Shown here: positions 29,487 through 39,143 of the stretch, one piece after another
How positions within the stretch are numbered: position 1 is the stretch's first letter
How the letters are laid out: each line of letters begins with the position of its first letter
Assembly (NCBI GenBank): GCA_031551265.1
Contig: JAVBNU010000026.1
Coordinates: forward strand, 858 to 64,857
Direction of reading: 5' to 3'
DNA: 64,000 nt
Source: Candidatus Gastranaerophilaceae bacterium
Lineage (GTDB): Bacteria; Cyanobacteriota; Vampirovibrionia; Gastranaerophilales; Gastranaerophilaceae
Translations under genes and position numbers: made by a program
The notes under the pieces: generated by a model
The model's input: the letters and a program-made list of their open reading frames with translations, nothing else
What the model was told of the DNA's origin: nothing
The model's database searches: none

Positions 29487-29588
29487 TCATTGCGAAGCCG
29501 TGGTAATCCGATACCCCTCACCTGAATTTCTAACACTCACAAGTTCGTGAAGAAATTCTTCCTCTCCCGCATTGGGGAGAGGAAGTAA
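29487..29588 (+). repeat. GTC-AT hairpin unit plus an inverted REP family C unit
   Basis: GTCATTGCGAAGCCGTGGTAATCC is followed by CCCCTCACC (the reverse complement of GGTGAGGGG), then CTTCCTCTCCC-GCATT-GGGGAGAGGAAG. Confidence 0.55.
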
Positions 29589-29592
29589 AGAT

Positions 29593-30261
29593 TTATTTTG
29601 TGATTAACTCCATACCTTCGATTATTGCTTTTAGTTTGTCCAGCGAGTGTTTGTCGCCCAGTGCTTTTATGGCGAGTTCAACAAACTTCATTTGTTGTGG
29701 TTTATCCGAAACCTCTTTTAGTAGTTCCAAAATTTTGTTCAAACCTTCCATGTCTGTGTAGCCGGAGTTGTTTTTGATGTGTTTGAAAGTTCCGTCAGGG
29801 AAATATATTGTGATTTTGTATATTTCCGCGTTTTCCGAATACTCTACAGTGATTGGTTTTTTGCTCTTTTTCGCGATGCTTAGCATTTCTAGGTCAGAGC
29901 TTGTGGCTTCGATTTTTTTGTTGTCATATTTTTGAATTTTTCTTTGTTTCTCTTCTTTATCCAGCAATTCAAGTTTTATAAGGTTGCCAAATTTTACGGC
30001 TCTATAGGTTGTGTTGTCCGTGCCGGTCATTGCTAATTCTTCTGTTTCTAATTGAAAATCAAACATTTGTTTGATGGGTACATTCAGGCAGTGGCATATT
30101 TTTTCTAACGTATCTGCGGAGGGAAAGTTTTTGCCGCATTCAATTCTTGTTAATTGTCTTTGATTAATGTCAATCATTTCCCCGAGTTGTTCTTGTGTAA
30201 TCCCTTTTGCCTTCCGAATAAATTTCATATTCTTACCAAACATTTGTTTTAGTGTTGTCAT
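29593..30261 (-). CDS. XRE-family HTH transcriptional regulator with an unknown C-terminal domain
   Basis: Track ORF 29593..30369 trimmed to the ATG at 30261 after an AAGGTGA RBS. The HTH is ITQEQLGEMIDINQRQLTRIECGKNFP. Confidence 0.7.
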   Translation of the reverse strand: MTTLKQMFGKNMKFIRKAKGITQEQLGEMIDINQRQLTRIECGKNFPSADTLEKICHCLNVPIKQMFDFQLETEELAMTGTDNTTYRAVKFGNLIKLELLDKEEKQRKIQKYDNKKIEATSSDLEMLSIAKKSKKPITVEYSENAEIYKITIYFPDGTFKHIKNNSGYTDMEGLNKILELLKEVSDKPQQMKFVELAIKALGDKHSLDKLKAIIEGMELITK

Positions 30262-30569
30262 TGAGTTCACCTTATTCCTTACCTTATTAAGTTGTGTAAT
30301 TATATTATTACTTCTTTTGTACCTAATATTGAAGGCTTTTTGCTGGCAAAAGAATTGAGAAAAAGACATGATATGTGATTTAATTTTTTAAAAACAATAT
30401 AATGAGTCATAAAATGTAATTTATCAATTAATGATGGCAAAAAAATATAATAAATAAACTCAACATGTGATTAGGCTTATGGTGTAATTTTAGTAAATAT
30501 TATAAGATAATTCTTTAAATGATAGCAAGTTTGTGTTAAGTTGAAAAAAAAGGATAACAAAAGGTTTTT

Positions 30570-33215
30570 ATGAGCAGTAATTATAATGATTTAGCCACAG
30601 TTTATGACGCGAAAGAAACAGAAGCGCGGATATATGATTTTTGGGAAAGTAATCAGTTTTTTAAGGCTGATGAAAAATCGTCAAAAAAACCTTTTAGTAT
30701 TGTAATTCCGCCACCGAATGTAACAGGTGTTTTACACATGGGGCATGCTCTGGATGGTACGCTGCAAGATATTTTGACACGTTATCACAGAATGTCGGGC
30801 TACGAAGCTCTTTGGCTGCCGGGTTGTGACCATGCAGGTATTGCCACTCAAAATGTGGTAGAGAAAAAGTTACGTGAAGAAAGTAAAAACCGCTTTGATT
30901 TAGGGCGTGAAAAATTTCTGGATTTGACATGGAAATGGGCAAATGAGCATAAATCTGCTATTTTAGGGCAATTTAAGCGTTTAGGCGCATCATTTGACCT
31001 AACACGAGAAAGATTCACACTTGATGAAGGCTGTTCTGATGCGGTTAAAGAAGTTTTCATTAAACTTTATGAAAAAGGTTTGATTTATAAAGGAACATAT
31101 ATTGTAAACTGGTGTCCACGCTGTCAGAGCGCGATTTCGGACATTGAAACAGAGTACGAAACCGAAAACGGTAAACTTTGGGAACTATGTTACCACATAA
31201 AAGATGGTCCCGGTGCGATTGTTATTGCTACAACCCGCCCTGAGACGATGTTTGGTGATGTTGCAGTTGCCGTGCATCCTGATGATTATAAATATAAAGA
31301 ATTAATAGGTAAAACTATCTGCATGCCGCTGACAAGCCGTGAAATCCCTATTATAGCTGACGAATTTGTGGATAGAAAATTCGGAACAGGCGCGGTTAAA
31401 ATTACGCCGGCACATGACCCTAATGATTTTGAGGTCGGTAAACGTCATAACCTAAAACCAATTTGGGTTATTGATGAAGAAGGTAAGATGAAGGCATGCA
31501 AAGAAGTCCCGCCTGAATTGCATGGATTAACCCGTGAAGAGGCACGTGAAAAAACGCTTGAAATGCTTAAACTCCAAGAGTCTTTCGGGCGCGTCAAAGA
31601 CCACGAGCATAATGTCGGTAAGTGTCAACGTTGTGATACAACGATTGAGCCGTTGCTTTCCGAGCAGTGGTTTGTGAAAATGGAGCCGCTTTCTAAGGCT
31701 GCGATTGATTCTATCGAGAAAAAAGAAATCCAATTTATTCCTGAGCGTTGGACAAAGAATTATTTGAATTGGATGACAAATATTCGTGATTGGTGTATTT
31801 CTCGTCAATTATGGTGGGGTCATCAAATTCCGGCTTATTATCATAACGAAACAGGCGAAATGGTTGTTGCTAAAGAGAATCCGGATCCTAAAAATTATAC
31901 ACAGGACAATGATGTTTTAGATACATGGTTTTCGTCAGGCTTGTGGCCGTTTTCGACTATGGGATGGCCGAATCTTGAGAGTGAAGATTTCAAGAAATTT
32001 TACCCTACAACGGTTTTGGTTACCGGGTTTGATATAATTTTCTTTTGGGTAGCCAGAATGATTACAATGGGATACGAATTCACAGATAAAGCACCATTTT
32101 CGACGGTATTTATCCATGGTTTGATACGTGATGAGTTCGGGCAAAAAATGTCGAAATCAAAGGGCAACACAATTGACCCTGTTGAAATAATTGATAAATA
32201 CGGTAGTGACGCGCTAAGATTTACGTTGACATCACTTTGTACGTTTGGTGGTCAGGATATTAAGGTTAGTGATGAGCGTTTTGAGTATGGTAGAAACTTT
32301 GCCAATAAAATCTGGAATGCTTCAAGATTTGTACTGATGAACCTTGAAGATGTTGATGATAAACCGATTGATTTTGATGAATTGACGCTGGCTGACAAAT
32401 GGATTTTGAGCAAACTTAATGCGACTGCTGCAGAAATTAATAAGCAGGTACAAACATACCATATTGGTGAGTATGCACAGATGGTGTATGACTTTTTCTG
32501 GAACTCATATTGTGACTGGTATGTTGAGTTGGCTAAAATTCAGCTGCAAAACCCTGATTTGGCACTGAATACGCAGCGTGTTCTATTATACGTTCTTGAC
32601 CAATCGTTGCGATTGTTGCATCCGATTATGCCGCATATTAGTGAGAGCATTTGGCAATTGCTGCCTAACGGGCAGGAGCTTCAAGGCTTAATTAGAGCTG
32701 ATTTTCCTCAATTTGATGAAAAATTGGCATTTGCAAAAGAAGCATCTAATATGGAATACGCTTTTGAGGTTATTAAATCTCTCAGAAATATTCGTCAAAG
32801 CTTTAACATTCCGTTATCAATGGCTATGAACATTAAAGTTGTTGCTGATAATGCCGAAAAACCAATTTACACAGCGATAGAAGCGTTTGTAAAAAGACTG
32901 GCGAAAGTCGGCGAAATTGAGTTTGTTACTGATGATAAAAGTCTCATGAAGCAGTCAGCGTCGGCTGTTGTTGGTAATTCAAAAATTATTGTTAATTTGG
33001 CAGGATTGATTGATTTGAATGAAGAAATCGGACGCCAAAATAAAAAGCTGGAAAAATTATTAAACGAGTTGAACGTGCTTCAAGCAAAATTAAATAACAA
33101 AAAATTTGTTGATAATGCACCTGCAGAGCTTGTACAGCAGACAAAAGACAGAATTGAAGAACTCAACGCTCAAAAAGCAATACTGGATGAACTTTTACTT
33201 TCATTGAAAGGATAG
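30570..33215 (+). CDS. valS: valine--tRNA ligase
   Basis: 881 aa with PPPNVTGVLHMGHAL (the HIGH region), KMSKSKGN, and a C-terminal coiled coil. Confidence 0.95.
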   Translation: MSSNYNDLATVYDAKETEARIYDFWESNQFFKADEKSSKKPFSIVIPPPNVTGVLHMGHALDGTLQDILTRYHRMSGYEALWLPGCDHAGIATQNVVEKKLREESKNRFDLGREKFLDLTWKWANEHKSAILGQFKRLGASFDLTRERFTLDEGCSDAVKEVFIKLYEKGLIYKGTYIVNWCPRCQSAISDIETEYETENGKLWELCYHIKDGPGAIVIATTRPETMFGDVAVAVHPDDYKYKELIGKTICMPLTSREIPIIADEFVDRKFGTGAVKITPAHDPNDFEVGKRHNLKPIWVIDEEGKMKACKEVPPELHGLTREEAREKTLEMLKLQESFGRVKDHEHNVGKCQRCDTTIEPLLSEQWFVKMEPLSKAAIDSIEKKEIQFIPERWTKNYLNWMTNIRDWCISRQLWWGHQIPAYYHNETGEMVVAKENPDPKNYTQDNDVLDTWFSSGLWPFSTMGWPNLESEDFKKFYPTTVLVTGFDIIFFWVARMITMGYEFTDKAPFSTVFIHGLIRDEFGQKMSKSKGNTIDPVEIIDKYGSDALRFTLTSLCTFGGQDIKVSDERFEYGRNFANKIWNASRFVLMNLEDVDDKPIDFDELTLADKWILSKLNATAAEINKQVQTYHIGEYAQMVYDFFWNSYCDWYVELAKIQLQNPDLALNTQRVLLYVLDQSLRLLHPIMPHISESIWQLLPNGQELQGLIRADFPQFDEKLAFAKEASNMEYAFEVIKSLRNIRQSFNIPLSMAMNIKVVADNAEKPIYTAIEAFVKRLAKVGEIEFVTDDKSLMKQSASAVVGNSKIIVNLAGLIDLNEEIGRQNKKLEKLLNELNVLQAKLNNKKFVDNAPAELVQQTKDRIEELNAQKAILDELLLSLKG

Positions 33216-35048
33216 TTGAAGGATAATAATTTGCGATATATTTCAATAGTTGTGCTGGTTTTAATGTGTTGTTCGTTTATCTTTTTTGCGAAATACAAAA
33301 CGGAAGATAAGCTTTATAAAATTGTGCAAATCCAGTCAGCGAGCGAGTATTATGTTGATTTTAATAATGATGGTGTTGCTGATGAAGATGAGTTGGTTGT
33401 GTTGTCATCTTTGCAGGCTTTTCAGCCGATTTTGACGGATAAAAAAAGTTTTATATATCGCAAAAATATTACGAATGCTGAAAATATAAAGAATTACTTT
33501 TTGGCAGAACAATATTTGAGTGAAAATTTGCTTGGTAAAGATGTTCGGGTAGAAGTTCTTTCGAAAACAGAGCCTAAAATTGTGCGGATATATTTGAATA
33601 ATGAAGATGTTGCAAAAATTCTGTTGGGTAAAGGTTTTGCAGTTGTGAAAAATTATTCCTTCGATTTTTACAGGTATTTCGGGCATGAAAATATTTATCA
33701 AATCAAGAAGAATGCGGCTGATGCCAAAGATTTGAAGATTTATATTTTGAACAATAAAAATAACAAGTACCATGAATTAGACTGCAAGTATGGCTTGATG
33801 ACGCATGATTATAAAATAGTCAAAGAATCGGAATTGCCGAAAAGTGCGTCAAAGTGTGAGTTTTGTTTTCATATTGAGCATAAAGAGCTTGAGTGGAAAG
33901 ACAGGAACGACGACCCGCCTTTGAAATTGGGTAATATGGAAATCTATATGCTTGATTTCACCCGTCACCCGCGCCCGAATGAGGGGTGCAAAAATTATAC
34001 ATGCTCTGCATTGAAGCGGCTGATTAAAAATTCTGCTGAATCCATTGATATTGCGATGTATTCAATACATAATCAGGCGATTTTGGATGAGCTAATAGCA
34101 GCGCAAAAACGGGGTGTAAAAATCCGGATTGTCACAGAAGGCGATAATTACAGGGATTACAAAGAGGACATGGAGCTTTTGCATGAATATTTTAGTGACA
34201 TTAAAAACGATAATGCGACAAAAGGCCATGGAGCGCGTGCTTTGATGCACCACAAATTTATTATTTTTGATGATAAATATTTTTTTATCGGTTCGACCAA
34301 TCTTACACGCAGTGACTTATCGGGTTTTAATTCAAATATTGCGCTGATTATTAATTCGCCTGAAATGGTGCAGATATACAAGGAAGAGTTTGAGCAAATG
34401 TTTTCAAAGGATTTGTTTCATAAGAAAAAAACCAAAATTGATAACAAAGAAAATATCAAAATAAATGCTGATATGACGGCTAGTATTTATTTTTCGCCGG
34501 TGGAGGCTGTGATTACAAATCAAATTATTCCGCTTGTAAACAATGCCAAGAAATATGTTTATATTCCGATTTTTGTGTTTACACATAAAGAAATGGCGCA
34601 AATATTAATTAACGCTAAGAAACGAGGCGTTGACGTGCGTGTGATTATGGACGCTACCGGCGCCTGGAACAGAGGTTCTGTACATAAAACTATGCGAGAG
34701 GCAGGAGTGCCTGTAAAAGTCGAAAATTTAGCCGGCAAAATGCATATGAAGTCGATTATTATTGATGATGAGATAACGGTTATCGGTTCAATGAATTATA
34801 CTGCAAGTGGTGAAAATTTCAATGATGAAAATATTCTTGTTATTAAAAATGCCGCTTTAGCTAAGTATTATAAAGCGTATTTCTTGTTTTTATGGAGTTT
34901 TATCCCTGATAAATGGCTGATTAAAACACCTCATGCCGAGTCCTGGGAGTCTGTCGGCTCATGCACTGATGGTGTGGATAATGATTTTGACGGTAAAATT
35001 GATGCTGCAGATGAGGGCTGTAAGCCGATTAAGAGCAAACGCCAGTAA
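33216..35048 (+). CDS. phospholipase D-family protein (two HKD motifs) with an N-terminal membrane anchor and SNase-like region
   Basis: 610 aa, starting at a TTG directly after the valS stop. HKD motifs are HHKFIIFDDKYFFIGSTNLT and HMKSIIIDDEITVIGSMNYT. The C-terminal CTDGVDNDFDGKIDAADEGC resembles the DNDxDG Cys-flanked metal-binding motif. Confidence 0.75.
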   Translation: MKDNNLRYISIVVLVLMCCSFIFFAKYKTEDKLYKIVQIQSASEYYVDFNNDGVADEDELVVLSSLQAFQPILTDKKSFIYRKNITNAENIKNYFLAEQYLSENLLGKDVRVEVLSKTEPKIVRIYLNNEDVAKILLGKGFAVVKNYSFDFYRYFGHENIYQIKKNAADAKDLKIYILNNKNNKYHELDCKYGLMTHDYKIVKESELPKSASKCEFCFHIEHKELEWKDRNDDPPLKLGNMEIYMLDFTRHPRPNEGCKNYTCSALKRLIKNSAESIDIAMYSIHNQAILDELIAAQKRGVKIRIVTEGDNYRDYKEDMELLHEYFSDIKNDNATKGHGARALMHHKFIIFDDKYFFIGSTNLTRSDLSGFNSNIALIINSPEMVQIYKEEFEQMFSKDLFHKKKTKIDNKENIKINADMTASIYFSPVEAVITNQIIPLVNNAKKYVYIPIFVFTHKEMAQILINAKKRGVDVRVIMDATGAWNRGSVHKTMREAGVPVKVENLAGKMHMKSIIIDDEITVIGSMNYTASGENFNDENILVIKNAALAKYYKAYFLFLWSFIPDKWLIKTPHAESWESVGSCTDGVDNDFDGKIDAADEGCKPIKSKRQ

Positions 35049-35122
35049 AGGTAGTAAAAAAATTTTTTCAGATTTGCCGGTGGTCTCTGTTATAATATAG
35101 GAATAATAAAAGGAGTTTAGTT

Positions 35123-35665
35123 ATGAGTAAAAAAGTTTTGGTAATATCGTCAAGTCCGAGAAAAGGCGGTAACTCAGATACATTGTGTGACGAATTTGCG
35201 AGAGGTGCAGCTGAGGCTGGGCATCAAGTTGAAAAAATATTTTTAAAAGATAAAAAAATTAACTACTGCACAGGCTGTGGATTTTGTATGACAAACGACC
35301 ACAATGGTTGTTCACAAAAAGACGACATGACCGAAGTATTGGAAAAAATTATTGCAGCCGACACTCTTGTTTTGGCGTCTCCCGCGTATTTTTATACGAT
35401 GTGTGCTCAATTGAAAACGATGATTGACAGATGTTGTGCGAAGTATACAAAAATCACCAATAAAGAACTGTACTTTATCGCAACGGCCGGTGATGATGCT
35501 AAGCCGGCTGTAGATAGAATTTTTGAAGAATTTAGAGGGTATTTATATTGTCTTGAAGACTCTGTCGAAAAAGGCGCAATTCGTGCAGTCGGTGTTATGC
35601 ATAAAGACGACGTGAAGAAAACAGGCTTTATGGCAGAAGCTTACGAAATGGGTAAGAGCGTATAA
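35123..35665 (+). CDS. flavodoxin-like NAD(P)H-dependent FMN reductase / iron-sulfur flavoprotein
   Basis: 180 aa with VLVISSSPRKGGNSDTL and YCTGCGFC motifs. Confidence 0.75.
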   Translation: MSKKVLVISSSPRKGGNSDTLCDEFARGAAEAGHQVEKIFLKDKKINYCTGCGFCMTNDHNGCSQKDDMTEVLEKIIAADTLVLASPAYFYTMCAQLKTMIDRCCAKYTKITNKELYFIATAGDDAKPAVDRIFEEFRGYLYCLEDSVEKGAIRAVGVMHKDDVKKTGFMAEAYEMGKSV

Positions 35666-35689
35666 ATCGATTGAAAAATGTATTTCAAT

Positions 35690-35716
35690 GTGTTACAATG
35701 TAATACAATGTAACAC
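35690..35716. promoter_or_regulatory. palindromic/tandem operator upstream of the TA pair
   Basis: GTGTTACAATGTAATACAATGTAACAC has inverted outer arms (GTGTTACA / TGTAACAC) and a tandem TACAATGTAA repeat. It lies 22 nt upstream of the antitoxin ATG. Confidence 0.5.
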
Positions 35717-35737
35717 AAAATAAAAAGGTGGTTTATT

Positions 35738-35968
35738 ATGGCTTCTGAACAGTTTTCAATGCGTCTCTCAAAAGATACTAAAGACAAGCTTGAAGAACTT
35801 GCTAAAGCAACGGGACGCTCAAAGGCTTATCTGGCAAATCAAGCTTTGGACAAATATTTAGACTATGAAACCTGGTATGTCCAAGCTGTGCAAGAAGGTA
35901 TTCGGGAAGTCGAAAATGGTGATGTTATATCACTCGAAGAGGTAAAGCTCGAATTAGGGTTGGGGTAA
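35738..35968 (+). CDS. ribbon-helix-helix (CopG/ParD-type) antitoxin
   Basis: 76 aa. The N-terminal FSMRLSKDTKDKLEELAKATGRSKAYLANQAL is a typical RHH. Its stop abuts the toxin start codon. Confidence 0.75.
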   Translation: MASEQFSMRLSKDTKDKLEELAKATGRSKAYLANQALDKYLDYETWYVQAVQEGIREVENGDVISLEEVKLELGLG

Positions 35969-36250
35969 ATGGAAATTATATTTACTAAGGGTGCACTCAA
36001 TAATTTAAAAGAAATTCAAACGTATATATATAAATACAATCGGAGTGCTGCAAAAAAAGTCCACGCGCATATTATTGAGAAAATTGAAACCATGCTCTCC
36101 CAAAACCCGGCTATTGGCAGATTAGGGCAAAATTTAAGGACAAGAGAGCTTATAATCACAAAATACCCTTATGTTGTGCCATATCAAATGAGAGATGGCG
36201 TGATTTATATTTTGAGGGTTCTGCACACCTCAAGAAAATGGGAATCATAA
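35969..36250 (+). CDS. RelE/ParE-family toxin
   Basis: 93 aa. LKEIQTYI...NPAIGR...RELIITKYPYVVPYQMRDGVIYILRVLHTSR fits the ParE pattern. Confidence 0.75.
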   Translation: MEIIFTKGALNNLKEIQTYIYKYNRSAAKKVHAHIIEKIETMLSQNPAIGRLGQNLRTRELIITKYPYVVPYQMRDGVIYILRVLHTSRKWES

Positions 36251-36357
36251 ATGTAGTTTGTAAACATAATGTAAAATAATATTTCTTATATAGCAACAAA
36301 AAAATTTCACGTGTTTTATATAGATAAAATGTGTGTACTAAATTTAAAAGGCGTTAC

Positions 36358-37578
36358 ATGAAGGTCGTTTCGTTAAACAAAAGTTGTTTGCAAAGAGCTG
36401 AATTGAAACGAGATTGCTCGAAAAATGATTCAAGTAATTTGGCATCTGACAAAGAATGTTCTTTGTCAAATATTCCCTACTATCCTTGTATATCGTTTGG
36501 GGCGACTCCGACTGAGGAAAAAATTCAGGCTTATATGGAGCGTCTCCAAAACATAAACCCTAAAACCTGGGTGCCTGATGAAGATCCAGCTAACCCAAGA
36601 GCTAAAAAATGTATAAATAATCCTATCGCAGAAAAAGGCTTGGCGTTTTTGGATTCGTTAAATAATTATGAAAAAAGAATTTTTGTGGACAAGTATAAGG
36701 AAATGACAGGTTTTCCTGATTTAGATATGGTAAACAGAAATATAAGAAATGAAGTTGCAGATAAAATTTTTGGATTAGCAAAATTACATGATTTTAAACC
36801 TCTTTATGCGGGCTTTGTTTTGAGTTGTTCGGGCGGCATAAAAAAAGCGTTGCCGGGCTCGGATTTAGATGGCCTATCGTTTCTTATTGATACAAAAAAA
36901 CCCTTATATGCGGGGTATTATCGATATTTGTTTGGTGAATCAGTCAATCAGCTGATTTTAGAAACCGGGGCTAATCATTATCCCGAAGTGATTTCGCTGC
37001 AAGAACTTGCTCATTTTATAGGTGAGGCAGAAAAAAGCTTTCAAAAAGAAAAGTTTTCAGAGGCTGAGTTAAAAAGATTTCAAGACAATATTGAGCATTT
37101 AGAGAATGATAATGTTATAGGAGCGGAGTTTAACAGGAGAATTGCCCAAAATATAAATAATGAAAATCACAGTGATGACCCTAAGCAATATAAATATGAT
37201 TTTCTTGCGGTGTGCCAATTAATTGAAAACTACCGCCAAAATGGGTATAACACGATTTATGATAATATGGATGACAAAACAAAAAAGCTCATTGAAAAGT
37301 CCTGTCTTTATAAATATAGCAATATCACTCAACAAGCTCTCGTTTCGAAACGCAAAAAAGACAAAATAAAATTTAGGGAAGAGTTTCTAAAAGATTTCAA
37401 TGATTTTTCTGTTCAACGCCAGTTTGAAATAATAAAAGCGATGATTCATAGGTCATACAGCATAACTTCGCCTGACGAAGATGAAACCTTAAAAAAACTT
37501 TTTGCTAATTCAGGCAACATGGCGACATCTTTGGATAGTCTTGAGTTGATGTACAAAATATTAACCGAAGGGGAATAA
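36358..37578 (+). CDS. hypothetical protein, possible minimal nucleotidyltransferase fold
   Basis: Track ORF trimmed to the ATG at 36358. SCSGGIKKALPGSDLDGLSFLID resembles the G-[GS]-x(9-13)-D-x-D pol-beta-type NTase signature. This is a motif-level guess only. Confidence 0.3.
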   Translation: MKVVSLNKSCLQRAELKRDCSKNDSSNLASDKECSLSNIPYYPCISFGATPTEEKIQAYMERLQNINPKTWVPDEDPANPRAKKCINNPIAEKGLAFLDSLNNYEKRIFVDKYKEMTGFPDLDMVNRNIRNEVADKIFGLAKLHDFKPLYAGFVLSCSGGIKKALPGSDLDGLSFLIDTKKPLYAGYYRYLFGESVNQLILETGANHYPEVISLQELAHFIGEAEKSFQKEKFSEAELKRFQDNIEHLENDNVIGAEFNRRIAQNINNENHSDDPKQYKYDFLAVCQLIENYRQNGYNTIYDNMDDKTKKLIEKSCLYKYSNITQQALVSKRKKDKIKFREEFLKDFNDFSVQRQFEIIKAMIHRSYSITSPDEDETLKKLFANSGNMATSLDSLELMYKILTEGE

Positions 37579-37592
37579 TTTGTGTTTCTTGA

Positions 37593-38951
37593 TTAAGGCT
37601 GTAAAACTTTGCTGGAGCGATGACCTGATAAATACAGTTTCACCAAATTCGTTTCTTGTGGCGCCTGTGGTACCGGCATAGGCTCGTTATTTTTTTGTCT
37701 TTTTGCAACATCTTGCGCAACGTCATTTCTAATCATTTTGTTGCAAAGATATGGAACCACGAATGCCAAACATGCAGCAACAGCGGCTAAATTACCCCAG
37801 TAGACGGCTGTTGCGTATTTCAATGTTCGCGCAGCGTTTTTATCGGTTTTTGCAAGCTCACTCAACTGCTCTATAGGCTTAGTTTCAGGGAAAATCCTTC
37901 TGAATAATCCCGGCTTTTCTTTTTTAACAGTTATATCTGTCTTGAATATTTTGTCGCATAATCCTGCTAATGCTCCACCGACAACTATATCTCCGCCCAT
38001 AAAAGCCGGGGTGGACATACCGAGTCTTATGCCCCAATCTTTGCGTTCAGCTTCTGTTCTTGAAGAAATTTGAAAACCTCCTATTTGTACTAATAGCCCT
38101 ATAAACATGGCTAACCGAGACATATAAATACCTTTTCTATAATCAAATTTTGAAGCACTTTTTTTAATGAAATCGTTGAATTTGCCGGCACTTTGCGATG
38201 ACAACCCTATCTTCAATGCCAATGGGAATGCAAAAGAAATCGCGGTAGCCCCAGCTAAAAATGCCAGTATGCGCTTTTTCTTTGTCTGCTCATAATAGTC
38301 AGCTCTATCAGCGATTATTGAACTGTCTGCCATTTCCAATTCTGCGCTGAAACCTGTTTTACCACTTCTTTTCTTTGTTAGGTAATTATTCATAAATCCT
38401 AACCCACCAATGGTCGCACCTGTTATAAACAAATCTGAACATAAAACACCGAGTTTCGCGTTCATAAGCTTGTTGCGCAAAGCTTCATAATTATTATTGG
38501 AATTTTTTAATAATTCTTGGACATCAAGCGTATTATTATCTTTCTTTCCGATAATTTTATTGAGAAAACTTTCGAACGGGCTGGTAGAGGCTTTTTTTGC
38601 TAATTCTGCAATTCCTTCTTCTGTTTTTAGAGATGATACCAGATGGGCATATGATAATTGCACTGCTTTGTGATTATTTGCCAATAGACTTTTTGTCAAA
38701 CCCGTCATCCTCATTGCGATTCTGTTGGAAATAGGCACAGTTATCAACGGAGCAAGGAAAGCAAAGAAACAAAATGCACCTATGCTATTTAGTTTTTCTT
38801 TCTTTTCTTCACTGTTGTTGGTCTGCAAAAGCCATGGGAAAACCCCGCCCGCCTCCAAAATAGCACGATTGGCGAGCATATTCTTTTCTATTTCTCCACT
38901 TATGCGGTAAAAACTACCAAAATGAGGACTGTTTTTATTCTGTACTTGCAT
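37593..38951 (-). CDS. multi-pass membrane protein of unknown function
   Basis: The track ORF starts at the TTG at 39056. I prefer the ATG at 38951 (MQVQNKNSPHFGSFYRISGE). It has several hydrophobic segments. Confidence 0.5.
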   Translation of the reverse strand: MQVQNKNSPHFGSFYRISGEIEKNMLANRAILEAGGVFPWLLQTNNSEEKKEKLNSIGAFCFFAFLAPLITVPISNRIAMRMTGLTKSLLANNHKAVQLSYAHLVSSLKTEEGIAELAKKASTSPFESFLNKIIGKKDNNTLDVQELLKNSNNNYEALRNKLMNAKLGVLCSDLFITGATIGGLGFMNNYLTKKRSGKTGFSAELEMADSSIIADRADYYEQTKKKRILAFLAGATAISFAFPLALKIGLSSQSAGKFNDFIKKSASKFDYRKGIYMSRLAMFIGLLVQIGGFQISSRTEAERKDWGIRLGMSTPAFMGGDIVVGGALAGLCDKIFKTDITVKKEKPGLFRRIFPETKPIEQLSELAKTDKNAARTLKYATAVYWGNLAAVAACLAFVVPYLCNKMIRNDVAQDVAKRQKNNEPMPVPQAPQETNLVKLYLSGHRSSKVLQP

Positions 38952-39143
38952 ACTTACATAAAACTCCAAAATAAAAAAAGTTACAAAAAACTGCGCTAGC
39001 ATATTAATTTTGTAACAAAAAGTAATATTTAATGGATTATAAGACCTGCCTGACAAGCTTAACTTTGTGTAAAGTTGATTTAAATGGTATAATAGAGTTC
39101 ACTTAAAAAAGCAATGTTAAAATATTGAGGAACAAAAATAGAA

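Noticed and set aside
30370-30569. Possible T-box leader upstream of valS (and likewise upstream of asnS at 14031-14200).
   Set aside because: There is no T-box consensus (AGAGA/GGTGGTACCGCG-like) and no specifier or terminator-antiterminator arrangement visible. The regions are simple AT-rich spacers.
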